DNA of 64,000 bases from Trichosphaerium sp. ATCC 40318 (lineage: Eukaryota > Protista > Tubulinea). Below, piece after piece: positions 52,389 through 64,000 of the stretch (the stretch's first letter is position 1; every line of letters begins with the position of its first letter). The DNA lies in contig JALMLS010000175.1 in the NCBI GenBank assembly GCA_038496445.1, positions 1 to 64,000 of the forward strand, read 5' to 3'. The notes under the pieces were generated by a model, which ran no database searches, was not told the DNA's origin, and was given only the letters and a program-made list of their open reading frames with translations. The position numbers were made by a program, and so were the translations under genes.

Positions 52389-52765
52389 GGCTTGAACCAT
52401 AAATTTGTACATACTTGTATTATAAACTACCTTTGACATGTAGCTAAATTTTATTGTTTTTCGCGGACTACATGCCAATGTGGTATGCGTAGCAATGGCA
52501 ACTGTACCTGATTAAATTGTTTGTTTATTTCTTACATTTGCGAGCGTGATGGATACCGTCACGTGCTCAAGCAGCATCAGAACTACAATCAACCAAATCT
52601 AGGATCTGGTATCTTTTCCGGGTGGCTATTTTTTGTGCGATTAACATTTGATTACAGTTGCACAAACGTAAAATGACTCCTCGAGACTTCGCTATTTTAG
52701 TCAATTTCGAAGCGAAAGTAAATCCAATAGACCATAGATGATTTGGTAGGCTTATTTACACATAA

Positions 52766-54157
52766 ATGGAGCCTATCGAGGAAGAGGATGATGGTATTAT
52801 ATCCGACGTTCATATTTCGCCTACAATGTCAGTTGTTTTCTATTCATACGCTCTAAATATCAATATACAGACCGCCACCAGCGCCAGAGAACGATAAACT
52901 ATTTATTTCACGGTTTCCGCTCATAAACAACAATGGTTTGTATCTAGGGCTTTATAATACGTGTAATAACGTTATGTAGAGCGTAATAAACTTATACCCC
53001 CACCAGAAAGCGACAGCGACAACGATGACGAAGATCTTTGTGTAAGAAGACGCAGAACAAACAAAGGAACCCCAAGAGAGGTCATAACTATTGTTCACTC
53101 AATGGACAACAAAATAACAGACGTGGGCATGCAGGTAAAACTTTCATATTCGGCACGTGCTTTGCTTATTGTAACACGTGTTTGCCAAAATATCAGGTTT
53201 GGAGAGGTGCTTTGGTTCTTGCCGATTATATTATTCATAACAAGCACATATTCGAGGGTGCCTATGTTATGGAATTGGGAGCTGGTGTTGGTACTTGCTC
53301 TTTTCTTCGTTCTTTGTAAAATCTTTTTATGATTTCAAACTATTGTTAATAGAAAGTACTATCTTTACTGTTGTTAGGTTTTGTTGGTTTAGTAACTGCA
53401 CGTGTTGCTTCTTGTGTTTATATTACAGACTACGTACCACAGGTACTAAGCAATTGTTTGCGAAATAGAACAGTCAATGATCATTTATTCAATAGTTGCA
53501 AAGGTATTGCAGTATAGTTATCTCGTATCATTCTAAGTTTTTATTATAGTTCACATACGCAGCTATAATCTCAAAAGTGACTCAGATCTAGCTTTTTTTA
53601 AAGATGCAGTGCGTATAACTGGAAGCTCACAGATAAACCTAATCAAAACTATTTAAAGGAAAAACGAAAAGTGTTGCAGGATAGCAAAGATGAGTTTACG
53701 TGGAAGACAGACGATACTGAAAATGTGAACAAAAGTAAGTCTACTATACTCTCAATTGCCTTTCTTACATTTGTATGTCCTTAACAGTCACAATACTATT
53801 GGCTTCTGATGGTGCGTCAGCAAACTTTGTTTTTTTTTTTGTTTTAAAGCTGATTTTTTTACAACAGTGATTTATGGAGAAGAATTAACGGATGCTTTGC
53901 TGAGCAACTTGGAAGTCCTCTTAACACCAAAGAGAAAACTATACCTATCTATAGAAAAACGTATAAACTTCTCTTTGGAAGAATTACAAGTAACAGCAAA
54001 AGCATACGACTATTTCTTTAAAAATATGGATATGACTAATTCTGATCCTTCAAAGAGATTTTTAGCAAAGAAGATAAAACTTGAAGATGTTCCGCAAAGT
54101 TTTTCTTATGATAGAGTACCTGAACTAGAGGTTTGGGAAATAACACAAAAGTTGTAA
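52766..54157 (+). CDS. METTL22: METTL22-like protein-lysine methyltransferase (Methyltransf_16); multi-exon
   Basis: DVGMQVWRGALVLADYI, MELGAGVG, ASDVIY, LSIEKRINFS, PQSFSYDRVPELEVWEI. Confidence 0.82.
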
Positions 54158-54626
54158 TAAAAGTTTTTAACAGACACATGAGACTCGCAACACTTTGTAA
54201 CCGTTCTAATGGTTTGGATATTTAATAATTAGTAACTGCTTCTGCAAGTACTGCAGATGTTGTGCATTGTCTCCCATCTCCGCTCAAAAGAATGTATCAA
54301 AGACTTACTTGGCGTTCAAATCTAACCGCATTATCTGCAGCTACTGGAGATGTTTCTTGAACACTAAAGAACCACTGCAATCAAAGGTCACTGTGGACAA
54401 GAGATGTCAAAGTTAAACTTTCAACACTCTGTTATTTAGCGCCATTTACGTTATATACCTGTGGCTTCTAGAAAAAAGGAAGAAACGTAAGAGCTGTTTG
54501 AAACGCTTTACCAAAACATCTTGTATGCTGTTTTCAGAGAATATCGAGGTTAAGTGCGATCTACCGTAAACACTACATTTGCACATTGATTGAACATACA
54601 TACACTCAAGATTATAAGTTGTTACA

Positions 54627-55875
54627 ATGGAAAGGTAAGCTAGAGTTGGAATAATCTTTGCTTACTCTGCCTATTTTACCTCTATTCTACTCTTTTTGTC
54701 CTTTATTACGCATGAGATACTTGTACAAAGCTTCTGTGTTAATATAAATTATTTAGGCCAGAAAAGAAACAGTACGAGACACAATCAGCCTCTATACACT
54801 TGTCTGTAGCTAAAACAGTTTTTCTGAAGGAAAATCCAAAAATCTAAAGTTATTGACTTGACACATTTCTACAATCTTCAAATAACGTGGCAATTTTTAT
54901 TACTTGATGTTCGTGATAAGGCTACCTTTGACAAAGGTCATATTCAAACAGCACAGAGTATTGGACCTAGTGTTACCGCTAAACTTAATGATTATATAAA
55001 AGATCACGTGTACAGTGCTGACAGACCAGGAACTGGTAAGGTTTTAAGCTAGTTGCTACTTTTTTGATTAATGATGTATTAGTCATCATTTACGGTGCTT
55101 CGTTTGGTGTAAGCGATACAGGATTATTGTTAAATATGGATAAACATAGTATTGCTGTTAAAAACTACTACGAGGCAAAGACAAACGTCAATGAGATCTT
55201 TTTCCTCCCTCAGAAAGACCTCACTGACTTCCTTTTAAAGTTCCCATTTTTAGTCCAAAAACCAGGTGTAGAAGAGTCTTCTCTTGTATTCCCAGCAATG
55301 ATCACAGATCAGATATTCTTAGGAAGCTTCTTGATAGCAGGAGATAAACAGGTTTGTATACACTAGTCCCAATATTCCTGTCCTGAGCTTGTCAATAGGT
55401 TTTACAGCATATGAATATTTCGCATGTTGTAAATGTTGCAACAGAGTGTCCAAACGTTTTTGAAAACGACACTTCTATTTGCATTGAATACCATAAAGAA
55501 GATATGGTGGATAACTACAAACAATCTCTGGAGCCTCACATTAAAAGATGTTGCACATTCATAAAAGAGTACACGGCAATTTTCATTTTTTTATATTTTT
55601 GTTGTTTCACTGTTGTTCACATGTGACCCTTATTTTCGCTGTTTGATTGATTGGAATTGGATTTTAACTTTTCCATTATTAGTGTTGTATCTAAAGGTGG
55701 CAAAGTATACGTTCATTGTGCACAAGGAAAATCACGTTCATCTAGTGTTTGTATAGCTTACTTAATGTTGGAGGAAGGTTACAATTTTGAAGACGCTTAT
55801 GAACACGTAAAGAAATGCCGGGAGTACATTAAGCCCAATGAAGGCTTCATGCGCCAATTGAAGCTATTAAAATAA
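54627..55875 (+). CDS. Rhodanese + dual-specificity phosphatase (MAPK phosphatase-like); multi-exon
   Basis: LLLDVRDKATFDKGHIQTA; ITDQIFLGS; VYVHCAQGKSRS; IKPNEGFMRQL. Confidence 0.9.
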
Positions 55876-56294
55876 ACAAAAAACATCAACATAAAAAAGA
55901 CCAAGCCCAACTTATTGGAGGCAAATGACGTTTGTTATAATTGGAGTGGAGAAACAGTACTGACAAGCCTTGGAATATTGTATACGATAGTACCTTCTGT
56001 GACACCATAAGTGTCCGTTGCTGGTGATTCGCTAAGACATACAATTTGCAAAGTATGCTAGCTACACATTACAAGTGCTCATATATTAACTCGTTTGTTG
56101 GGCGGCCATCTGATTAACCTTTGTAAATATAACTAGCGGACACGATTGTGTTCAAACAGTCAGGGTTCTACAAAAGTAAACGTTCCTGTTTTAGTAGATA
56201 CTAACTAGTTAGCCAAGTTCATTGAGTTTACCAAGAAAATTTGAAAAATTCTCAGTTTTCTGTCAGGAGCACTCAAGTGTCCAACATATCACGA

Positions 56295-57637
56295 ATGCAA
56301 TACTTCTTTGTTTTTTCTGTGCTAGTACTTGTATCTCTTGCATCAGCAAGTTCGCTTTCATCAACACACCTTTTAGAAGCTTTTGATGCGGGTAAACTTG
56401 TTTTCCGACCTCGAGAAAAACATTGTTATTGACATCTTGTAAACCGCCTCTTTACAATGTTTAGGTCTGGTGCGAACGATAGATGATGGAGGTTACCTAG
56501 AAGCTTATAGAATGAACTACAGTGGCTTATCATTTCGCGCAGTTGCTAGCTGGAGCTGTGGCGCAATCCCTTCTAACTTTCCATATCCGCAGAATCCTAC
56601 TGGTTAGCATCAGAATAAAAGTCCCTTTTTTTGGTTGTTACGCATTAAAACACTTCCCCTACGCGTAACAAACAAGTTTATAAGCCTAACAATAAATTTT
56701 AGGCATGTTACAAGAAGCTATTTCAACTGGCATCTTAAAAATGGGAACATTAGCGCTTAGAGCATTACCAGACATTAATACAATTGATGAGCCTCATACA
56801 GGCTTTTGGGTACTTAAACAGCATTTTTCTGTAAAACAGTGTTGTCACGTGATGTCACTTTTCAGGCAAATTAAGTTTTTGAGTTTTAGGTTGAATACGT
56901 AAGACGTATAGTGGATCATATAAACGATCATTACAACAGTGCTATTAAAGTGCAAAGAATAAACTATGATACTTCTACAACTTTGTTACAAGCTCTACTT
57001 GATGGGGAGGTACGAGTGTACTTCCTAGTTAAAACCTCTTAAGCTTAATGTTTGTAGGTCCACCTAACAGAACCTTACTTTATCATTGGTGGCTTTTGGG
57101 AATCACGTGCAAGACATTTTCATTTTGACTTTTCGTGCACTTCACTTGGTTAGTTTGTACCTTTGATTGCGTCATTAACAATTTACTGTAGGCTATGATA
57201 GTACTTTCTTTACAGTTGAGAAAAACATTACTACACTCGATAGCATGGTAGCATCTATTTCAAAAGGAGCAAAACGATCAATCGGCTTTTTATCGGAAGG
57301 AAACTTTCATAGTGTCCAACCAGTTCTGCCAAGTGAGGTTGAACCAATATACTATGTTGATCAAGAGCATTTAGAAGAGGCTGTTAATAACGGAACTATT
57401 TTGGCTGGACTACTTTCTGGTAAACAAAGAAAATCGCAGAAGTTTTTTAACTTTTTTTTTTTAGGTAAACCAAATGGAGTCTTTAACGAGTTCTCTAGTA
57501 CTATAATATCACCTCGTGCTGCGTTTTTTAGAAGCGATAGCGATCCTCCTAATGAGACGAGTTCAAGTTGTCGTCAAAGAATTACATTTCAACTTGCTTG
57601 TGCATTAATTCTCACATTTATTCTTGTGCTAATATAA
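56295..57637 (+). CDS. Secreted/GPI-anchored protein with periplasmic-binding-protein (type 2)-like fold; multi-exon
   Basis: Signal peptide; MLQEAISTGILKMG..GFWVEYVRRI..LLQALLDGEVHL resembles SBP_bac_3; hydrophobic C-terminus. Confidence 0.55.
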
Positions 57638-57674
57638 AACAAAAAGTTCTTACAAAAAAAAAAGGATTTCAGAC

Positions 57675-58628
57675 TCATCCACTGCCTTGGTATAAAACTT
57701 GTACTTGCATTCCTTGTTTGCACATAGCATGCATTATTAATTTACCTTCTTCTGACCATTTTTTATACTCTCCTTCAAGCAAATCATTGAGAAAGAAACA
57801 TGTTTTTCTTAGTTTTCCATTCGTATACCATTCTTTGTACTCTCCATTCTTTTTGTCTCCAATATAAAACGCTTCTTCTGCTATTTTCCCATTCGTAAAA
57901 TACTCCTTATGTGGTCCATCGCGTAAGCCTTCTTTAAAAAAGGAAGTCTTAGCGAGAACACCTGTACAATGCCATTCTTTTTGTTCACCATTTTTTACAC
58001 CATCAATAAGCGTACATGTCAATTGTAACTGTTCGTCATCTCTCCAAGTAGTATACTCTCCGCTTTCCTTACCATCCTTAAAACAACTCTGACTTCTAAT
58101 ATTACCATTCGACGCCCATGTCTTACAAGAACCATCCTTGACGCCATGCTTATAATGAGAAAGTTCGTACTTAAGGCCTGACTTGGGAGAATATTCAATG
58201 TATTCTCCATGTAACATATCGTCTACCAAATGACACGTGATAAAAGATACGCCATCGCTATACCACGTGCTATACAGACCTTGCTTACCCTTTGGACTCC
58301 ACACGGCTTGCTCACGTAGAAAGCCATTTTGGTGCCAAGTTCGATACTCTCCGTCATAAATGCCGTTTTTATAACAACACTCTTTTCTCGGATTACCGTT
58401 AGCGTACCATGCTTGACATTTTCCTTCGTATACGCCGTCTTCGTAGGTTACAGAATAAATAACTTGGCCCGACGCGTTCCATCGCTTCCAGATGCCATTC
58501 TTTTGCAGTTTTTGGTTAAATCGGGACGTTGTAGCTGTTTTTTTGCAAAGTATAGGCCAAACTATATAAGTTCGCTTCGTGGCAATATAAATAGCGTTTT
58601 GAAGCTCAAGAGGTAAATTCAACAGCAT
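57675..58628 (-). CDS. F-box-like + MORN-variant repeat protein, intronless
   Basis: MLLNLPLELQNAI; repeated YxDGxxxGEYxxWxxNG units; paralog of 21129-22472. Confidence 0.88.
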   Translation of the reverse strand: MLLNLPLELQNAIYIATKRTYIVWPILCKKTATTSRFNQKLQKNGIWKRWNASGQVIYSVTYEDGVYEGKCQAWYANGNPRKECCYKNGIYDGEYRTWHQNGFLREQAVWSPKGKQGLYSTWYSDGVSFITCHLVDDMLHGEYIEYSPKSGLKYELSHYKHGVKDGSCKTWASNGNIRSQSCFKDGKESGEYTTWRDDEQLQLTCTLIDGVKNGEQKEWHCTGVLAKTSFFKEGLRDGPHKEYFTNGKIAEEAFYIGDKKNGEYKEWYTNGKLRKTCFFLNDLLEGEYKKWSEEGKLIMHAMCKQGMQVQVLYQGSG

Positions 58629-59073
58629 TTTGTACTTAATCAATTCTAGTTACGCGGATATTGCCTTAGGCTCGTTATATAAGTGCAAGAGAAGCGAAAT
58701 TTCGCGTACGGTGGGAGATTGAAGTGATAGGTAAAAATAACTGCGATAACCACAAAATTGGCTTAATTGTATGTTGCCTTACTGTTAGTTTTGACATGTT
58801 CATTCAATTTTCTCTACGCCTACAATATGTTAATAGGCGCTTGTAAACCCAATTTGACAAACTTTACAATTTCTCATCTACAATCCACTACAATCAGCTT
58901 CCAATGACACGCAGTATCAACGACAACATTGTATTAGTTCACATAGTGTACAGAACCGGGTTTGAGTTTACCCTTTTAACAAAATGTGAAGACTCGGCGT
59001 AAAAAAAACGCCGATTTTGAGTGAAAAATCCGGAGCAACAGAATCTCCATTGGTTTTAAACGCAAATATTACG

Positions 59074-62000
59074 ATGTCGACTGTGCAGCTAGATACCACA
59101 AGACGTGGTAGTAGCTCACTTGAAGATGAAAAGAATGATGAAGAGGTATTTCGTAATTTCTATACCGACTTGCTAGTGGACAGGCCTATTATAGTCACAG
59201 CGGTAGTAGTAGTGTTCTGCTTGGCTCTTGGAGCCATTGCTTTTGGCGCATTTGGTTTAGCCATAGATGTAAGTCTACAAGCGTTATTATTGCCCTAATA
59301 AGTGTAAATAGACTAGCGGTACCCTTTTTAGAGTATACAATGAAGTCACAGACCAAAGTGACGCAGTCAACTCTGCTTTACTTATTATTGCTGATCCAGA
59401 CCTCCCTGAAAGCGTAAGTACATTCAGAATGAACATCGGAGCCTCTACGGCCGCAGGTTCACACACTTTTTTTCTCTGAAAAAACCGGTTGAGCACGTCA
59501 TAGCTCACCACAGTTATCTCACTCTTCTTAGTTAGTACAAAGAACCCGTAGTCAACCGTATGGGTTAGATTTTCAGATCTTAATGGCGTCAGACCCAAAT
59601 GGCGAGAGTATTTTTGAGATAGACAGACTAGCGTACGATTTTTTTGGCTTGTCAAACGATCTATGAATTATTGTCATGCGTTGACTTTACTAAATACGTT
59701 GTAGTGCCGTTAAAGCTATTGAAGACCGCATTAAAAACGCACCAGGATATCAAGACTTTCTCCTTCTTGATTGTGAGTCTCGTTCTTTGGGTTTTTTACC
59801 TGAGATAAAAAAAAGATTGTTACTAATTGTTCCCTTTGACTAGATGACGAAAATAATGCCTCGAGTGTTGGTGTACCAAGGAAGATAAATTCATTTTTTA
59901 CAGTTGATGAGGATTACCCAACAACCGCTGATACCATAGAAGCGCTATACAATCCTTCCACTGACTTGCTTCTCCAGCGTCGCCTTGTCATCACGGACAA
60001 GAATTTTGGTATTTTTTTTTCTGTGAACTCAGTTTTTTCTAAGCTCTTGTGTAGGTGTGACTGCCAATTATTCAACAGGACTACGATTTCGTGTTGTATT
60101 TGGCCTACCTAGACCGGGTTATAACAACGAGCAAGTGGACGAGGCCAAACAAATCAAAGAGATTGACGTAAGTTAACTTCTCAAATGTGCTAAGTTCTGA
60201 AAACGGAGTTTTTTTTTTAGACATGGATGGTTGATAACTTTGCGAAATACTTGAGTGATTTGTCAAAGAAAAAGGATGATAATCTCGTTGTTGCTTCACT
60301 TGGACCTGGTCTCATTGATTATGAGGTTAACCAAATATTATTTGGTGATGCTTCATTGGCAGTAGGCAGTTTTTTGATGATATTCTTGCTAATCTGGCTT
60401 CACACAAAGTAAGTCTTTTTTTTCTGACTCCAGTGTGCTGATCAAGTTGTTTTTTTAGGTCTATATTCTTGGCTGGTATTGGCATAGCTGAGATTTTCTT
60501 GACGTTCCCTGTAACGTACTTCTTCTACAGAGCTGTATTCAGATTCTATTGGATGAACTTGCTCAATTTTTTAGCTTTATTTATTGTTATGGGTATCGGT
60601 GCAGATGATATCTTTATCTTGTACGATATCCATTTTGGGGTTTTCTACTTATTTTACTTATACTGTATTAGTGTCGACGCTTGGAAGCAATCTCACTCAG
60701 CAGGACCTAAAGTGAACGCTAATCTCAGTATGTTATTCAGTGTCTTTTTTTTTTCTTTTCTGCTCAACTAACTTTCTTTTCCCTACAGAAACGAAAATGG
60801 CGTGGACATTCTCTCGTGCATCTGTTACTACACTTGTTACTACTTTAACTACATCTGCTGCGTTTTACTCAAATGCCCTGGCTAGAATACCACCGATTAG
60901 GTAAGACCTTAATAGTTCTCTTCTCTTATTAACAACTGCGATAGGGAGTTTGGTGTTTTCATTGGTACACAGATTGTTGTGAATTACTTGCTTGTTATAT
61001 CCCTGTTTCCTGCAATCTTAGTTATACGATACAAGTATCTTCGTAAATATACTTGTTGTTGTTGTTTCACAACAAAGATGAGTAAAAAATGTTGCGATTG
61101 TTGTCCTGTATCACTTGAAGATGAAGTACATTGGACAAACGATAAGGCGGCCAAACGTAAGTACTCTTCTTTGTTGTCTTTCTTTAACTCACTTGCTAGA
61201 CTCTGCTAATGGCCAGGTTGTTGAGAAGGAACCTAGATTATTAGAGAAGTTCTTTAAAGGACCATTCGCTGATAGTGTCAACAAAGTCAAGTACGAAACG
61301 ATTTCCATAGTTTTTTTTGGGGTGATCCTGTTTCTTACTGCTGTAGATGGGTGATTATTGTTGGTTTTGTTCTAGTTCTTATATGCTTTATATACGCTAC
61401 AACGCAATTAGAAGCTAATGAGGAAGCAGCTGGTACCTATAGACAAGAAAAAAGAAGCCTAACTCTGATTAACATTTTGCTAGTATTTTTGCCTGATGAG
61501 CAGAATTTCCGTATTTATGAAAGGCTTACTGGCGAAATATTTAATGCATTGGGAAGACAAGAACGTCCTATATCACTAGTTTGGGGTATATCAGGTCTAG
61601 ACGCTTCAAATAAGGATGTAACGGACACGTTCGATCTGGGAGATCCCATATACAGTTCAAACTTTAATCCTACTCTTAACCTCAATGCAACTCAAGAACA
61701 CATCCTAAAGGTTTGTGAAGAGGTTGTTCTATTCGATGGTACGCATCTTAATGGCTTTTTTTAAGCGAAAAGTGCCAATATTGCGAGCACGTGTTCTGGT
61801 ACTAAACCTCCTTTTTTTTAGGTCTTCGTGGTCAGAAGTTGATTCCAGCGCTTCCACGATTTTATTGCTTCATGTCTGCTTTTAAGGATTTTGTTACAAA
61901 TGACGGAGTAAACCCAGAAGAGTGGCCAGTCGTTAATGATTTTGTTCCTCGTATTTGTAACTGGTCAGTAACTGCCATCAGAGACGCTGATACACGTGCT

Positions 62001-63273
62001 ACTTGGGATCATGAAGTGGTATGCACCAAAGACGATTCAGGAGCATGGACAAGCATCAGGTACGCTTTTTGTTAGAAGAATTGGGCATGAAGTCCTACTA
62101 TTTTTTATTTAATCGATGCTCATTTTCTGCGATACTAGATGGTGGCGCGTTTGGGGTGTTACGTCTATGAGGTTTGCAGAATCAGGAAGAGATCTTAGAC
62201 CTATTTATGATGAACTGGAAGCTTGGGTTAAGCAAAAGAATGAACAAGCACCTCAAGGTGCTAATGAAATGTTCCAAGCAATTGATTCTTGGATTAATAT
62301 GGAGACTGAAAGAGTGCGTGTTTTAATCATAACGCCCTTCATTTGAATTTTGATAGAAGGCTTCGTCGAACGAAGAAGCGAAGAAACTCAAACATTTCTG
62401 ATTGTTTTTTTTTAGGCACTCCTCAATAATGCCGTTGTCGGTATTGCTTTCTCTTTAGTTATTGTTTTGATTGTACTATTCTTTAGTACACAGAATGTAC
62501 TACTTACCATCTACGCTTGGGTAACAATTGTTGGTATTGTTGTTAGTATGACTGGAGTGATTGTTATAATCGGATGGAAACTTGGATTCATTGAGTCTGT
62601 ATCACTTGTAAGTTGAACTAGTGTTTAATGTTTCCGTGGTCTCACAGTACATTATAGGCTATTCTAGCTGGATTGGCCGTTGATTACACTGTGCATTTGG
62701 CAGTAGCTTATAAGACTGCTAATTTCAAGAATCGGTTTAAACGTGCACAAACAGCAATCTATGGTAAGCTTTAAAAAAGAGTTTTTTTTAATTGGATTTG
62801 ACCTAATATTTTGTCACAAACAGAGATGGGTATATCTGTTCTCATGGCATCTATAACTACTTTCGCTTCAGCTGTTATGCTATTCTTTACGACTATTCTA
62901 TTTTTTGTTAAGGTACGATTCTTGTTTTGGGTGGAAGAAAACACTTTTTTTTTTGCCTAATTTGGTCAATGTATCGTCCTTTTGCAAGCAGTGCTTGTTT
63001 CTGGTTTTGTGTTATGTATCGAGTAATATTAGCATTTTTTGCAAGTATGTGTGGCCCGTTCTGATAATTTTCTTGTAGTTTGGTCAGTTTATGGCATTGG
63101 CAACTGTTGTTAGTATGCTATGGGCTTTCTTGTTCTTTATGTCATTGTTATTCACTATTGGTCCTCAAGGATCGTTCTGTGATGTTGAAAAGTACATGTG
63201 CTTTTGGACAAAGTATATTACTTGTTGCTCTGTTTCAGATGATAGCGATGATGAGGAAGATAATAACTTGTAA
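59074..63273 (+). CDS. Dispatched/Patched-family (RND, sterol-sensing domain) membrane protein; multi-exon
   Basis: GIGADDIF in TM4, TSLTTSAAF-like segment, GLAVDYTVHLA in TM10, and two luminal domains. Confidence 0.9.
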
Positions 63274-63416
63274 AACAATATGTTTGCAGGAACAGAAAAT
63301 GTAAATAAATTTTTTGATCGAAATATCTTCATTTCCCTAGACTCGATGTTAACAGAACCAAATTCATAACAATTACGACAATGGTGGGCCTGTATACAAT
63401 TCTTGTCACCAGTTGG

Positions 63417-64000
63417 TTAGTTGGCATTTACCAATGATTTCCAATGTTCATTTTTATCCTTTGTTAATCCAATAGCTATGTTAAAGTGAAAACAAAATGT
63501 TCGGGCTATGTCATTTTGTTCATCTATTTCAGTAATCTTTGTAGCGACGTTTGCGAAGGAACAATAAAGAAACTAAATGGTAAAAGCAATGTAGCACTTG
63601 CAAATGCCTTATCAAACAAAAATGGAATCAACTAAAGGTGGTAAGTAATGGTGACACGTGTACATAAAACTCTTGAAAACCAAGAATTTTTACATAAAAA
63701 TCTACGTAATTTCTTGCACAGAATTAGCATTAACAACCTTTGAACAGTTTGCCATCATAGAAGCAATTAACATATTATGCATAAAGGCAAATTTAGACCT
63801 CGTTCAGGTCCTGCCAGCAGTAGGTAATTACAACACAATTGTTAAAACTGGTACAGTGTTTCTAAGCTTCATAGCGGAGCTGCGGCTCTTGTTGGAGGAG
63901 GAAATATAGGATTTTTTGGGTTTGGTAACGATTTACAAGCTATTGCGGTACTACAAGCGTCGAAATACTCATATAACAGATATACAGGCTATTCCACCCA
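63417..64000 (-). CDS. 3' part of an unidentified spliced gene running off the window
   Basis: Open exon-like segments (SKFAFMHNML..; KITEIDEQND..SLVNAN*) separated by intron-like gaps. Confidence 0.3.

Noticed and set aside
1-64000. CRISPR arrays, tRNA or rRNA genes, prophage
   Set aside because: None seen; the window is eukaryotic, and its periodic repeats are protein-coding LRR/MORN units.

Overview
AT-rich, compact, intron-dense eukaryotic DNA with many ~45-70 nt GT-AG introns and micro-exons. It is probably from an amoebozoan-like protist; this is inferred from a DUSE-like promoter element, a transglutaminase, and tyrosine kinase/SH2 genes. About 25 protein-coding genes can be read across introns. 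Recognisable ones: an LTD-transglutaminase fusion, a GT17 GlcNAc-transferase, an M28-like pseudo-peptidase, MLH1, a FANCA-like gene, a formin-GBD-tyrosine kinase, GST, a sirtuin, an EH/Zn-ribbon/CaaX protein, a DUSP-UBL-SAM protein, a PH-RhoGAP-SH2-SH2-RasGEF, a KCTD/BTB protein, an EF-hand protein, an MFS transporter, METTL22-like, a MAPK phosphatase-like gene and Dispatched-like. Intronless F-box-LRR and F-box-MORN genes are scattered among them. The most striking signal is an unannotated two-copy small structured RNA gene on the minus strand (25261-25368 and 30263-30389). Each copy has a DUSE-like element at -63/-64, a TATA box at -25..-31, paired termini and a poly-T terminator. CACGTG is strongly over-represented. 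Several 1-nt indels look like assembly errors. Exon boundaries were read by eye and are approximate.
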